DNA from: Octopus sinensis
Lineage: Eukaryota
DNA length: 64,000 bases
Direction of reading: 5' to 3'
Assembly: GCF_006345805.1 (NCBI RefSeq)
Contig: NC_043003.1
Location: 81,654,001-81,718,000 of the forward strand
In this document: piece after piece, positions 26,769 to 38,230 of the stretch
Numbering within the stretch: position 1 is the first letter of the stretch
Layout of the letters: every line of letters begins with the position of its first letter
The notes under the pieces: generated by a model
Database searches by the model: none
What the model saw: only the letters and a program-made list of their open reading frames with translations
Told to the model about the DNA's origin: nothing
Program-made: the position numbers and the translations under genes

Positions 26769-26929
26769 TTGCGGCTGGGGTTACGCTTAAATTCAAGACT
26801 TCAGAAAAATATTAAGGTTTCCTTTTTAGACATGTGATTTTCCACTGGTCTGTCTTTATGTTTTCAATGGTCTACAGAGACTTGCACCCGGTTTCCCAAA
26901 TTCTAGACCGGACACCGGTTCAACATACG
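26769..26929 (-). repeat. 160-bp repeat, inverted copy of 24813-24972
   Basis: Direct alignment by eye. Confidence 0.8.
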
Positions 26930-27169
26930 ATTTGCTCATTGTGTCAGTTGAGTTGCTTGGGGAAACGTGAAATATTCGACAATGCTAACCTTTTGAATCC
27001 ATCCGATAGGTGTTCACACCGCATTTAAATGCTTTCACCGTAATAGGGCAGACAAAAGGCTATTTATAAAGGCTTCGACTACAGATACATCACATGGGAT
27101 CAAATTGGATATCTCATGATTGCGCTACAGTTCTTAGAGTTTTTTGTGTCCAGACAAACGCACTCTATC

Positions 27170-27171
27170 CA

Positions 27172-27252
<81 letters not shown>

Positions 27253-27310
27253 CTATCTATCTATCTATCTACCTACCTACCCGCCTCAATCTATCTATCT
27301 ATATATCTAT
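27170..27310. repeat. (TATC)n microsatellite
   Basis: Direct reading. Confidence 0.95.
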
Positions 27311-27731
27311 CTGTCTATCTGTCATTGTATATTCTCGTTCTCTGTGTGTGTGTAAATGTGTATATATATATTGAGAGAGAGAGAGGGAAAGAGAGAAAGA
27401 GATACTGTGTTGGTGTAAGTGAGAGAGAGAGAGAGAGAAAGAGAAAGAGTTTCTGTAAATATGAGAAAGATTTCAAATTCGATAATGTCATAAAGAAAAT
27501 ATGCGATCGTGTCGAAGTTTACTTATTATGTTATGGATTAATCACTTTTCTAATGATGCAGAACTAATTTAAGCATAGTTATCGTATGCAGCAACTAAAC
27601 AATATCGCGTTTCAGGTGATGAATGTAACTGTCAAAAAGGTATAAAATTGAACTCAGCATAGATTTAACCTCTACTAAACCTCAACGCGATATCTTACTG
27701 AAATCCAAGAATATATTATATATGTGAATAT

Positions 27732-28118
27732 GGGAAGCACTCCTTCGGTTACGACGATGAGGGTTCCGGTTGATCCGAATCAACGGAACAGCCTGCTCGT
27801 GAAATTAACATGTAAGTGGCTGAGCACTCCACAGACACGTGCACCCTTAACGTCGTTCTCGGGGATATTCAGCGTGACACAGAGAGTGACAAGGCCGGCC
27901 TCATGAAATACAGGTACAACAGAAACAGGAAGTAAGAGTGAGAGAAAGTTGTGGTGAAAGAATACAGCAGGGATCACCACCATCCCCTGCCGGAGCCTCG
28001 TGGAGCTTTTAGGTGTTTTCGCTCAATAAACACTCACAACGCCCGGTCTGGGAATCGAAACCGCGATCCTATGACCGCGAGTCCGCTGCTCTAACTACTA
28101 GGCCATTGCGCCTCCACA
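27732..28118 (-). mobile_element. Full-length SINE family B
   Basis: Near-identical to 53100-53485; tRNA-like head; inserted in a ~56-bp tandem unit; followed by a foreign 62-bp flank and a second 5' end (28181-28199). Confidence 0.92.
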
Positions 28119-29189
28119 GAAATGGCATATATTTGAATACTAAAGACAAATATAGGGATATCAAATACAACATAATTTCTGGGCCATTGCGCCTCCACAT
28201 ATGAATATAACGTCTACTTAAACACGAAACTGAACTCCAAGAATATATTATATATATGAATATAACCTCTACTTAAACACGAAACCTCAGAGTGGTAAAT
28301 CACGGAACATACTTCAGACGAAATTTGTGATATAGAAATTCCAATGTAGATATGTAAATCTTCATCACCTTAGCTGTTGCATCGGTCACAGAAGAACGAC
28401 CTTCTTTCGTCGATTGGTCATGCATTTACAATAAATAACCGTTACAACTCACTAGAATACTGTAGACCGGAGAAAAATAGAAAGGCGTTACTTAATGCTA
28501 AATAATTACACTAAAAATAAGTGTGATTATGTAGACTTTACTGTAATTTTATTGTGTAACTATGAGAAGTTTACTAATACTTTACTACCGATAACAATTC
28601 AACACACAGATATAACCACATATAACATAAACTATGAAATCTAACAAATCGAGATGTTATCCAATGTTAGTTCTTACGATGCTTTGCTAACTTCTATAAC
28701 GGAAGAGTACAACATGCCGTAAATACTGTATGCATTCTGCTGAAGTCTTTGAACGTTAATAGTCTATTGACAGTTAGAAAATCATAACCAGAAAGGAATA
28801 ATAAGGAAACGTGAACAGTTATATCAACTTGAACACAGTAAAGTTCTATAAAAATGCGGCTTTTTATATTTATATTTTTCAAAATTAAGATAAACAAAGT
28901 TCTTTTTTAATGTAAAATATACTCTCCTTCATTTTCTACAATGCTCTTCCATCTCTCTTGTAACTTGCAAGGCCCGTCTTCCAAAATTCATTTGTCCGTG
29001 ACAAAAATATACTCCCCCAGTACAGTTTTCAAATTGTCTAAAGAAATTAAATATTTTTCCGTCCAAAGGATTTTAAAGAATGCGGAAAAAATGATAATCA
29101 GATGGGGCAATGTTCAGAGAATATGATGGGTGGGGGATCGTTTCCTATTCAAACTGCGTCAGCTTTTGGAATGTCATCCTCGTTGTATG

Positions 29190-29195
29190 TATGTA

Positions 29196-29285
<90 letters not shown>

Positions 29286-29296
29286 CTATCTATCTA

Positions 29297-29337
<41 letters not shown>

Positions 29338-29346
29338 TATATATTA

Positions 29347-29445
<99 letters not shown>

Positions 29446-29446
29446 A

Positions 29447-29502
<56 letters not shown>

Positions 29503-29505
29503 ATA
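29190..29505. repeat. (TATC)n-(TA)n compound microsatellite
   Basis: Direct reading. Confidence 0.95.
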
Positions 29506-29512
29506 TCATCTC

Positions 29513-30179
29513 CAGGGTGCGGTGAATAAACTGTCGTCAAATTACGCAAAAAAGAAAAATAACACGGAAAATCTCATTTTAATTGATATATTAACAAAAT
29601 TTGCATAACATTATCTTGAAATAATAAAGAATAAATGTAGTAAATAAAATCGCCATTGGCGAAAACCATTGGACTCCAGACAACTAGAATCTCCTGCCAC
29701 TCTTCTGGACGGTCTCCTTGTTGAAGTTGGTGAATGTTGCCACAATCCTCGCCTTCAGTTCATCTTTGGTTTTACAAGAGTTATGATGGTCTCTAGCTCA
29801 ACTGCGCTCCACACATTATAATCAAGGGCTTTGAAGTCTTGGCAGATAGGTGGCCAGATGTTAGGGATGACGTGCTTGCAGAAATTGTCTGACAACCATA
29901 AATGAGTCCTCCTACTTGTGCAGAGCTCATAAACTCTCCTCAGATTGACACGCAAACACTCTGAAATGTTCGTACTGGAGCTTCCAGCGCGAATGCCAAG
30001 CATTACAGCATATCATTTCTAAATTTGTTGCACAGTGAATGGGGTGATAGTGCGCTTTTTCTCATAGACGGTGCCCAACTGATCCTACTATACTGTGCAG
30101 CCGATAAAATCAAATACAAACAACGCTCACGCGCGAAATTAAAGTATAATACAACAGCAATTTTACCATCGCACGCTGT
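29513..30179 (-). mobile_element. Internally deleted Tc1/mariner-superfamily (maT/DD37D-like) transposon
   Basis: N-terminal LGIRAGSSSTNISECLRVNLR fused to C-terminal CTSRRTHLWLSDNF...IWPP..D..LDYNVWSAVE; imperfect TIRs cagggtgcg / cgcacgctg. Confidence 0.8.
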
Positions 30180-31314
30180 ATGACTGTATGTGTATATATA
30201 TATATATATATATACACATGTAAAATATGTTAGATACGCACTTCTTCAATGTGTGTGTGTGGGTCTGTGAGCTAATGTATATATGTATATACAAACATAC
30301 ATGCATACACCTATATTGTATCAATGTTTGGTTTTATTGACAAGTTTATAGTAAATTGAACAATTATACAATACATTTTGTAGAGTACGAATTTATTATT
30401 CTTTAACAGAATCATATTGTCTGTTTTCAAATTTTGGCGAGCTAAACTGTCATCGGTTTATGATATATTGAGATAATCTTGGCATTATATAGTCTCTGTT
30501 AAGTTCAAATTTTCTGGGTTTGGCGGAGCTCTGTTCAATTAAAATTAAGTTGTAGGGTTGATTGTGATGGAGAGATGTTATGGAACATTTTTATCGATTA
30601 AATTTGGTGTTGTTCAAAATTTATACAGGCATGTAGAACTTTGTCAACATATGTGCGTATCAGCTTCAGTTCCTGGGGTTGTTTTTAAGGGCTTTTAAAA
30701 AATGCACGTAGGTTTTATTGGTTAGCATGTATGTGAATAGTTGTAGTTGATGTTGATTCTATTTGGATACCAATGGGAGATTTAACCTTTTGCTTTGACA
30801 AGTCAGAGGTTAAAGTTCAGAGTTCAGTCCACCTAAAGACTTATGCTCATGGATCCACGCAAGATTACTCCTAATGGCTCTTGTTCTGGTTTCTATAACT
30901 TCGGAAAGGGGAACTATGAACTTTTATGCTTCTTTTTTCTTCTCTCTTTCCATTTCCTTATTCTTTTACTCCCTTCCTTTATATTGCCTTCTTATTGATA
31001 TATGCCATTCTCATTTTTCATATTTTTTCCCCAATTTGACTCTGTTGACAGAATATCCCATATTCGTGGATATCCCAGAAGCAGCTGTAAGATTTTGAAT
31101 TTCTTCCTATAATAATATTCTATATGAATTGAGATGCTTGCCTTGCCTTAATGTTCGATTTCCTGTTTAAACATTTCATATCCGCTGCATGGGAAATCTA
31201 CAATGGGTCCATAACAACAGTCTTGACTATAACCTTGGAGCCCCAGTAAAGCGTTACAGCACTTACCTAGCGTACCTAATTGTTTAGATCACTTGTGAAG
31301 TAAACCCCCATACT

Positions 31315-31377
<63 letters not shown>

Positions 31378-31398
31378 TACATTATATATATATATATG

Positions 31399-31597
31399 TA
31401 GCTGGCAAAAATGAGTTGTACTTGTATTTCAAAGGGTCAGCCTTGTCACTCTCTGTGTCACGCTGATTATCCCCGAGAACTACGTTAAGGGTACACGTGT
31501 CTGTGGAATGCTCAGCCATTTGCACGTTAATTTCACGAGCAAGCTGTTCCGTTGATCGTATCAGCTGGGACCCTCGTCGTCGTAACCGGCGGAGTCT
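31399..31597 (+). mobile_element. SINE fragment: family C body end joined to family B tail
   Basis: gctggcaaaaatgagt followed by gtatttcaaaggg...ttgtcactctctgtgtcacgctg...gtcgtaacc. Confidence 0.8.
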
Positions 31598-31710
31598 TTA
31601 AGTCTTTAAGAATATATGTAGATACATACATATATATGTATGTATGTATGTATTTATACGTATATATGTATATAACTTTTAGTAAAATTATATATACTTA
31701 ATATATATTA

Positions 31711-31752
<42 letters not shown>

Positions 31753-31870
31753 ACAATCAAGGAACGGCCATAATAGGCCATTCACCCACTAGAATAACAG
31801 GCAAAGCTTCAACCGCAAATAAAAATCAATTCCGTAAACAGGAGAAAATTTAAAAAACATTTACCCTGTA

Positions 31871-31977
31871 ATTTCTTATACGATGCACCGTTTCATCTGC
31901 TGTTTAATGGTAAACTAACCTGATTAAATTAAATCAGGCCAATCTTCCATAGGCCCTCAGATTCTTCAGTAAGAAAT
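31871..31977 (-). ncRNA. Canonical type I hammerhead ribozyme, copy 1
   Basis: Exact reverse complement of 32311-32417; stem I extends by cttgt/acagg after an internal loop. Confidence 0.85.
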
Positions 31978-32310
31978 AGCCACAAGTCGGAACAGATATT
32001 TTCACGAGGCATTTCCGACCCTGCCAAGGTAATATCTGACCTAAAATTTTCAAATCATCGCACTCGCGCCAAATTTATCGGCAGCAAATAAATATAAGCC
32101 GTCGATTCCATTACGGAATTAACCAGAAAATTCATAATTAATCAATATAGGGTGGCAAAAAAAATTTTGTAGAATTTTTTTGCCACCAGCGGCCTAGTGG
32201 GAAAAAATTAAATAGTCATAGACCATTTTTAAGTTCAACATCAACAATCAAGGAACGGCCATAATAGGCCATTCACCCACTAGAAATAACAGCCAAAGCT
32301 TCAACCGGCT

Positions 32311-32417
32311 ATTTCTTACTGAAGAATCTGAGGGCCTATGGAAGATTGGCCTGATTTAATTTAATCAGGTTAGTTTACCATTAAACAGCAGATGAAACGG
32401 TGCATCGTATAAGAAAT
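32311..32417 (+). ncRNA. Canonical type I hammerhead ribozyme, copy 2 (predicted cleavage after GUA at 32409)
   Basis: atttctta (32311-18)-CTGAAGA (32319-25)-atctg...cagat-GAAA (32394-97)-cggtgcatcg-TA-taagaaat (32410-17); 8-bp stem I, 5-bp stem II base, 4-bp stem III. Confidence 0.85.
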
Positions 32418-32638
32418 TACAGGGTAAATGTTTTTTAAATTTTCTCCTGTTTACGGAATTGATTTTTATTTGCGGTTGAAGCTTTGGCTGTTATTTCTAG
32501 TGGGTGAATGGCCTATTATGGCCGTTCCTTGATTGTTGATGTTGAACTTAAAAATGGTCTATGACTATTTAATTTTTTCCCACTAGGCCGCTGGTGGCAA
32601 AAAAATTCTACAAAATTTTTTTTGCCACCCTATATTGA

Positions 32639-32676
<38 letters not shown>

Positions 32677-33443
32677 CTATGTACATTTGTAGCATGCACA
32701 CGCACTCACGCTTGCATGTATATAATCTGCTATGTTTTTTACTGCTTTCACTTATTAAAGCACTGCTAATTTAAGGCACCAATTTCGTGTACAGTAATGC
32801 CTCGATTTACGAGTTAATTCGTTGTCGATGAACTCTCGTAATACGAAAATTCGTAAATCTGATAGAAAACTCTTAAAGCCAGGGTCTTGTAAAATGATGT
32901 ATCACTGTATTTTAGTTAATCAAGTTGCGCGCGTTATACGATTTAGCTTGGTACGAGTGTTATCGATCTTTATATCTGCATACTTAATTAGCGAGTCAAA
33001 TGAAAACAACACAAACTGCCGTGCAAGTTTTTAGTACAGTTAACACATAAAGGTAGACAGGTGAAAATTTCCTTATATATCTATAAATAAAACGAAGTTC
33101 AGCACCGTTGTTTTGTACTAATTGCGTTCAGTGAATCGGTTAACCTGAGGAATTGTATATAGTATGGATGTATTATCTATTAGTATTTTGCCATCTATTG
33201 TTTTATTGTATTTAGTATAAAGCCGTGCAGTTGCTCCATGTGTGGCTGTAAATATAACGATTAATACCACGAAGCTGACATCTCACACATTTTCAGTCCA
33301 ATACATAAATTGCATTGTTTATTTGTAGCTTGTACTCGATTTTATATGCTTGTGGTGTGCTGCTGTGAAGGGTGTTTTTGATTTTACCGTTTTTGTAATA
33401 CATTAATAGTGTCAGTCTCTGGTTTTTGTGTGATACAACGGCA

Positions 33444-33575
33444 GAATTTCTAAATATTTTAGAGGAAGAAATCGGAATAAATACCATCACCACCTTTGAT
33501 GTAGGAAATCTTTTCACCAATGTCCGAGTATAAGCAGAGATAGAAATTACGTTAGACAAAGTATACAAACACACC
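33444..33575 (+). pseudogene. Decayed PLE reverse transcriptase fragment
   Basis: EFLNIL...TFDVGNLFTNVRV*AEIEITLDKVYKH resembles the PLE RT motif SxDVxSLFTNVP. Confidence 0.55.
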
Positions 33576-36347
33576 AAAATAAAAGCTACCCGTGATACTA
33601 GCAAATTTATTGAAAATTAATACTAGTTTTAATGGTTTTATTGTAATCAAGAAATTATTTGAAGACGTATAGATCAAACAGTACAAATAAGATCTAAAAT
33701 TAAGCATAAAAGCAATGCTAATACGATATAATTCCTCAATGTAAACAGCCAGAAATCAAAACAGCAGATACATTGCATATCTACACATAGGTTCACTTTT
33801 CAATATGAAGTGAAGTGTTTAGATAATGTAGCTTTTCGAAAAATTAGGGAGTTGTTTCTGGAACAATTGTTGAATGAATGTTAGATAACATGGTCAACAT
33901 AATAACGAAAAACACAAACTAGTCTGATATTAGTTATTATTCATTTATTGTACAACTAGCAAAAGGAATTTGGAAACGCATTTCACCAAGAAAAATCCCT
34001 ATATGAAAAATTTTGGAATTTCAAAGAAAAATAAAATACTTCATTGTGACAAACGAAAATATTTAAAGTAATTCAAAAGAGTTATGTAGTCACAATAGTT
34101 TATTTCATAATACGGTCAAGTGTATTACATGTAGAAGTAACAAACAGAATTGGTGGTAATGATGATTTTCAGATAATGATAAAATGTGTGCTTTTTCAAT
34201 ATTTTCTAGTGGAAACGAGAGTTTCAAAGATAAACACAGCATATAAAGGCCACATATAAAAATTGTCGTATGAGTAATACGTTACCTCGATTTTACACGT
34301 TTCAGCCACGCACGCACACACACATACACATTTCAATCTGCTGTGTGGACGCCCCCAGACGCTGAAGTAGGCTAGCCCAAACATATATATATAGAGGGAG
34401 AAGCATAGACGTCAAGAGGACAGCTGAGTAGCAGAGAAAAGAGAAGAGTTGAGTAGAAGGCATCCGAACGTGCGACATAACACAATCCTTTTCAATATAT
34501 TTACATAGTAAAAAGTATATGAGTGTTGGCTGCAGTTTACATATTAATATATTAATTTGTCTCAAACGTTAATGGATTACGAAAGGCAGAGATTTGTCAA
34601 AATCCGAAGATCGACGACAGAACGTCCTGTGTTGTTATTACGTTTCGCATCTTATTTCGACCAACATTAAAAGCATTTTTCATCATTTCATGTGTCAATA
34701 AAAAAAAAAATCCATTCTAATATAGACATCGATATAATCAGCGAAATCCTGTCCCAAGTTGAGTGGCTGTGCACTTATGTTAAATTCAGTTTGGCTCCAG
34801 GAATCATTTACTGAATAATATGATATTGTATCACTTAAATGTTGTTAAATATCTAAAGTTTCTCTCAAAATCTATTTGAACTTGGATTCAGAAAGATATT
34901 GAAATCAAAATTTAGTTTCAACGTATAATACATATATTATACTATGAAAAGGCTACCATCGCCCGAGAGAATGAATTTATATTAATGTAACCTAAGTTAT
35001 GCTAAGGACCAGATTCTTTCACACAATCATATTCATAGAAATGATTTTTCTGAATAGCTCGACAGTAATGTTCAATATTTATTCAATAATTTTCTCTTGC
35101 AGTATGAAATCAACTCTTTGGTCTACTGACTCCTTATAGGTAAAAATGTTAATTTCTTTTTTTCCATGTAACCATGGAAAATCAAAAACGCTTTCATCCT
35201 TCCATAAGTAGGTGGACTAAATTTTCAGAGTATAACCTGATTTATAAAGTAAAACGATATAGCAGATAGTCATCCTCTAATAAGTGTTCTACCGGTGTGT
35301 TTAGGACACGGATGATTTATGCAATGAAGATTTTATGAAACTACGGTCGGATACTTTGAATAGAGATTTAGACTATGCTGTATTACTCTGTAAAGCTGAA
35401 GGTAGATGTAGATTGCATGTTGTCACTATAATTGATACTGTAGTTGGTAATCCAATTACTGTATGCTTGCTTGTCATCCGCAAATTGTAAGCATATAATG
35501 TGATTCACTGTCACCATTTTTCTGTATTCATCTTTAGTTACAACGAGGTAGGCGAGCGAAATATATGAAACAGCGCTAATCGAACTCATAAAGCCACTTT
35601 GAAATATATAATCGATAAACGCATTTGGAGAAAGATCTGTTGGTCTTTTAAAATGTACGGGAAAAAACCATATAATATAGTCCCACATCTAAGAAGCATA
35701 TAAAATCTCCACATTTATGTCTAATTTACGTAGGTAATAAAAGCATTAACTATTTGGCAGAATACAGTTGATTAAGTGTGGAAAGAAAATCTGATAGGGC
35801 GGGGGCTCATGAATGCTTCGGTTGGGATGTCACGTGATAAATTAAATATATCGTTGTGTAATCATTGTAGCAAATCAATGTAAAGTATATAAAAACAAGA
35901 AAAATAAATTGCTTCGAAATATCTCTGCTGTCACGTGAAGTGATACTGACAATAACTGGATAGGAAATGTGTCTGTCGATAGTATCGTGAACGCCATTAA
36001 TTATGATGTGGCTTTGCTCACATTTCCTCGTAAGTTTACTAAGTTTTACTAACCAATACTTTAAATTTTAAAACGTTTCAGATAAGGCAAACAATTCTAA
36101 TTTAGACATAACAATTGTACAATAGGAAAATATGGAACTGGATTTATTGTAAGATAGAATTTAGTACACAATATACAGGGTCTTTCATGTTTATATAGAG
36201 CTACGAGTTTGTAAATAAGTTTTTCTTTTATTGAAATATTTCTAAGTAAATGACTGTTGAGGCAAAGTGGATTTAAAGTAAACCAAGGCATATTTAGAGT
36301 ATAGAATGAAGATGAAATTGAATTAAATAATAAAATACAATTCTTTC

Positions 36348-36562
36348 TTTTCTTTTATTCTTATACTTATTTCAGTCATTTTTGACTGCGGCCATGCTGG
36401 AGCACCACCTTTACTCGAGCAGATTGATCCCAGGATTTATTCTTTGTAAGCCTAGTACTTATTCTATCGTTCTCTTTTGCCAAACCGCTAAATTACGGGG
36501 ACGTAAACACACACCAGCATCGGTTGTCAAGCCATGTTGGGGGGACAAACACACACACATAC

Positions 36563-36610
<48 letters not shown>

Positions 36611-36773
36611 GACGGGCTTCTTTCAGTTTCTGTCAACCAAATCCACTCACAAGGCCTTGGTCGGCCAGAGGCTATAGTAGAAGACACTTGTCCAAGGTGC
36701 CACGCAGTGGGACTGAACCCGGAACCATGTGGTCGGTAAGCAAGCTACATACCACACAGCCACTCCTGCGCCT
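36348..36773 (-). mobile_element. Full-length SINE family D
   Basis: tRNA head aggcgcaggagtggctgtgtggta, CORE-like accttggacaagtgtcttct, internal TA repeat, (aaaag)n-type tail. Confidence 0.92.
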
Positions 36774-38135
36774 ATGCAGTTTCACTTGTCCAGTCACATT
36801 TTTAGTAGCCATTGACTATTTTCTGAGCCTTCGAGTCTTGTAGGCGGGTGAAACGTAGTTTTACTCAGAATAGAGATTTATTCCAAATGCTTAGATCAGT
36901 GTGGACATCGCTAAAAGCACCGCGGTGTGATTTCGTCCAGTTTCCATCTCTCAGGTGTTAGTCACACAGTTCCAGACAACCTGCGGCTACGTTAGAATAC
37001 ACTTGCTCTAAATGCCATGAAACGAAATCGAACCTAAAGTCTAGTAGTTACGAAGCGAATGTAAAAATCGAGCACCCATGTCTTGGCGCGTTTCTAAGCA
37101 ACACAGTCATGCCCTCACTCGTTTCGTAACGGAGCGAAATATTTTTTACAAATACAGATAAAACTATAGTAAGGAATTTATAATTTGACCATTTTTGCAG
37201 TGCATAATGTATACATTCATGCGTTTGTGTCTAGAGTAGATTAAATAGGTTGTCATATTCATGAGAAATACCTCGATATGTGTCCGTTTCCTTAGTCAGA
37301 AATACGCAGGATAAAAGCGCAGCTCCTTTACGGCACAGGGACAGGTATACGAAAAATAATTAAATATATACACAAACCAATCATTGACTGGGGTCTGTGA
37401 AGTAATATCACAGTGTAGACTGGAAAATAAAATGTTATACAATGCAGATACGTACATAACTGTATATATACATATCTAGTTTTATTTATATTAGAGTAGA
37501 AGGAGAAAGGATGATACAAGAGAACATAGAAATAGCGAACTGAGGAGGTAACATATATGTACATACTCACGTAAACGTTACTGTCGTAAAGACTACTGAG
37601 CAACGGTTGAAAACACTGCCTTACCAATGTGTGATGTCAAATACAATGAACTGATGTCACCGAAAAGAGTACAATGCACATTGTGGTTAAAAAGGCGCCA
37701 ACTTCCGGCTGACAGTTTGTCCAAGCGCGTGGGTCTATGAATAAAGAAAAAGAAGTGATGTGGCTTACACTGTATTGATCTCACGTGATTCATGCTGATA
37801 AAGGGAAGATTGACATCTAGTAGCCGTCTTGAATTTCACGCAAACATGTTGTTCTCCTCCCGAAATCTGACGTGATGCATTCATTCAAAGTACTCACGAA
37901 ACTTTCAGCTATATAGAGTTGAATCACAGTATATATATATACATATGTGTATGTGTATGCGTACGTCATTTTGATATATACATACATGCACATACATACA
38001 TGCGTGTGTGTGATTGGCTTCATAAATTGTTAAGATTTTAAGATATTTTCCTATTTTTTCTTAACACGAAACCAATGGTAGCCTTAAGTTACAAATACAG
38101 AAATTCTGTCCACCAGAGCGTCTGACATTTACGTG

Positions 38136-38173
<38 letters not shown>

Positions 38174-38191
38174 ATATATAATATATATATA

Positions 38192-38230
<39 letters not shown>

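Larger units (their letters stand above)
31751..32646. mobile_element. Very young PLE/retrozyme-like element (family F3): partial tandem (491-bp period) plus 340-bp inverted copy
   Basis: caacaatcaagg direct repeat at 31751 and 32242; 32307-32646 is the reverse complement of the unit; bounded by (TA)n on both sides. Confidence 0.8.

Noticed and set aside
29300-29505. Single-base phase shifts (taat/atta) within long (TA)n arrays
   Set aside because: Cannot be separated from slippage or long-read indel error; no periodic code evident
35104-35140. Strong acceptor and donor pair around a 37-bp segment
   Set aside because: Stop codons in all three frames, so it is not supportable as a coding exon
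35537-35546. Possible 10-nt micro-exon ttacaacgag
   Set aside because: Too short to distinguish from chance without RNA data
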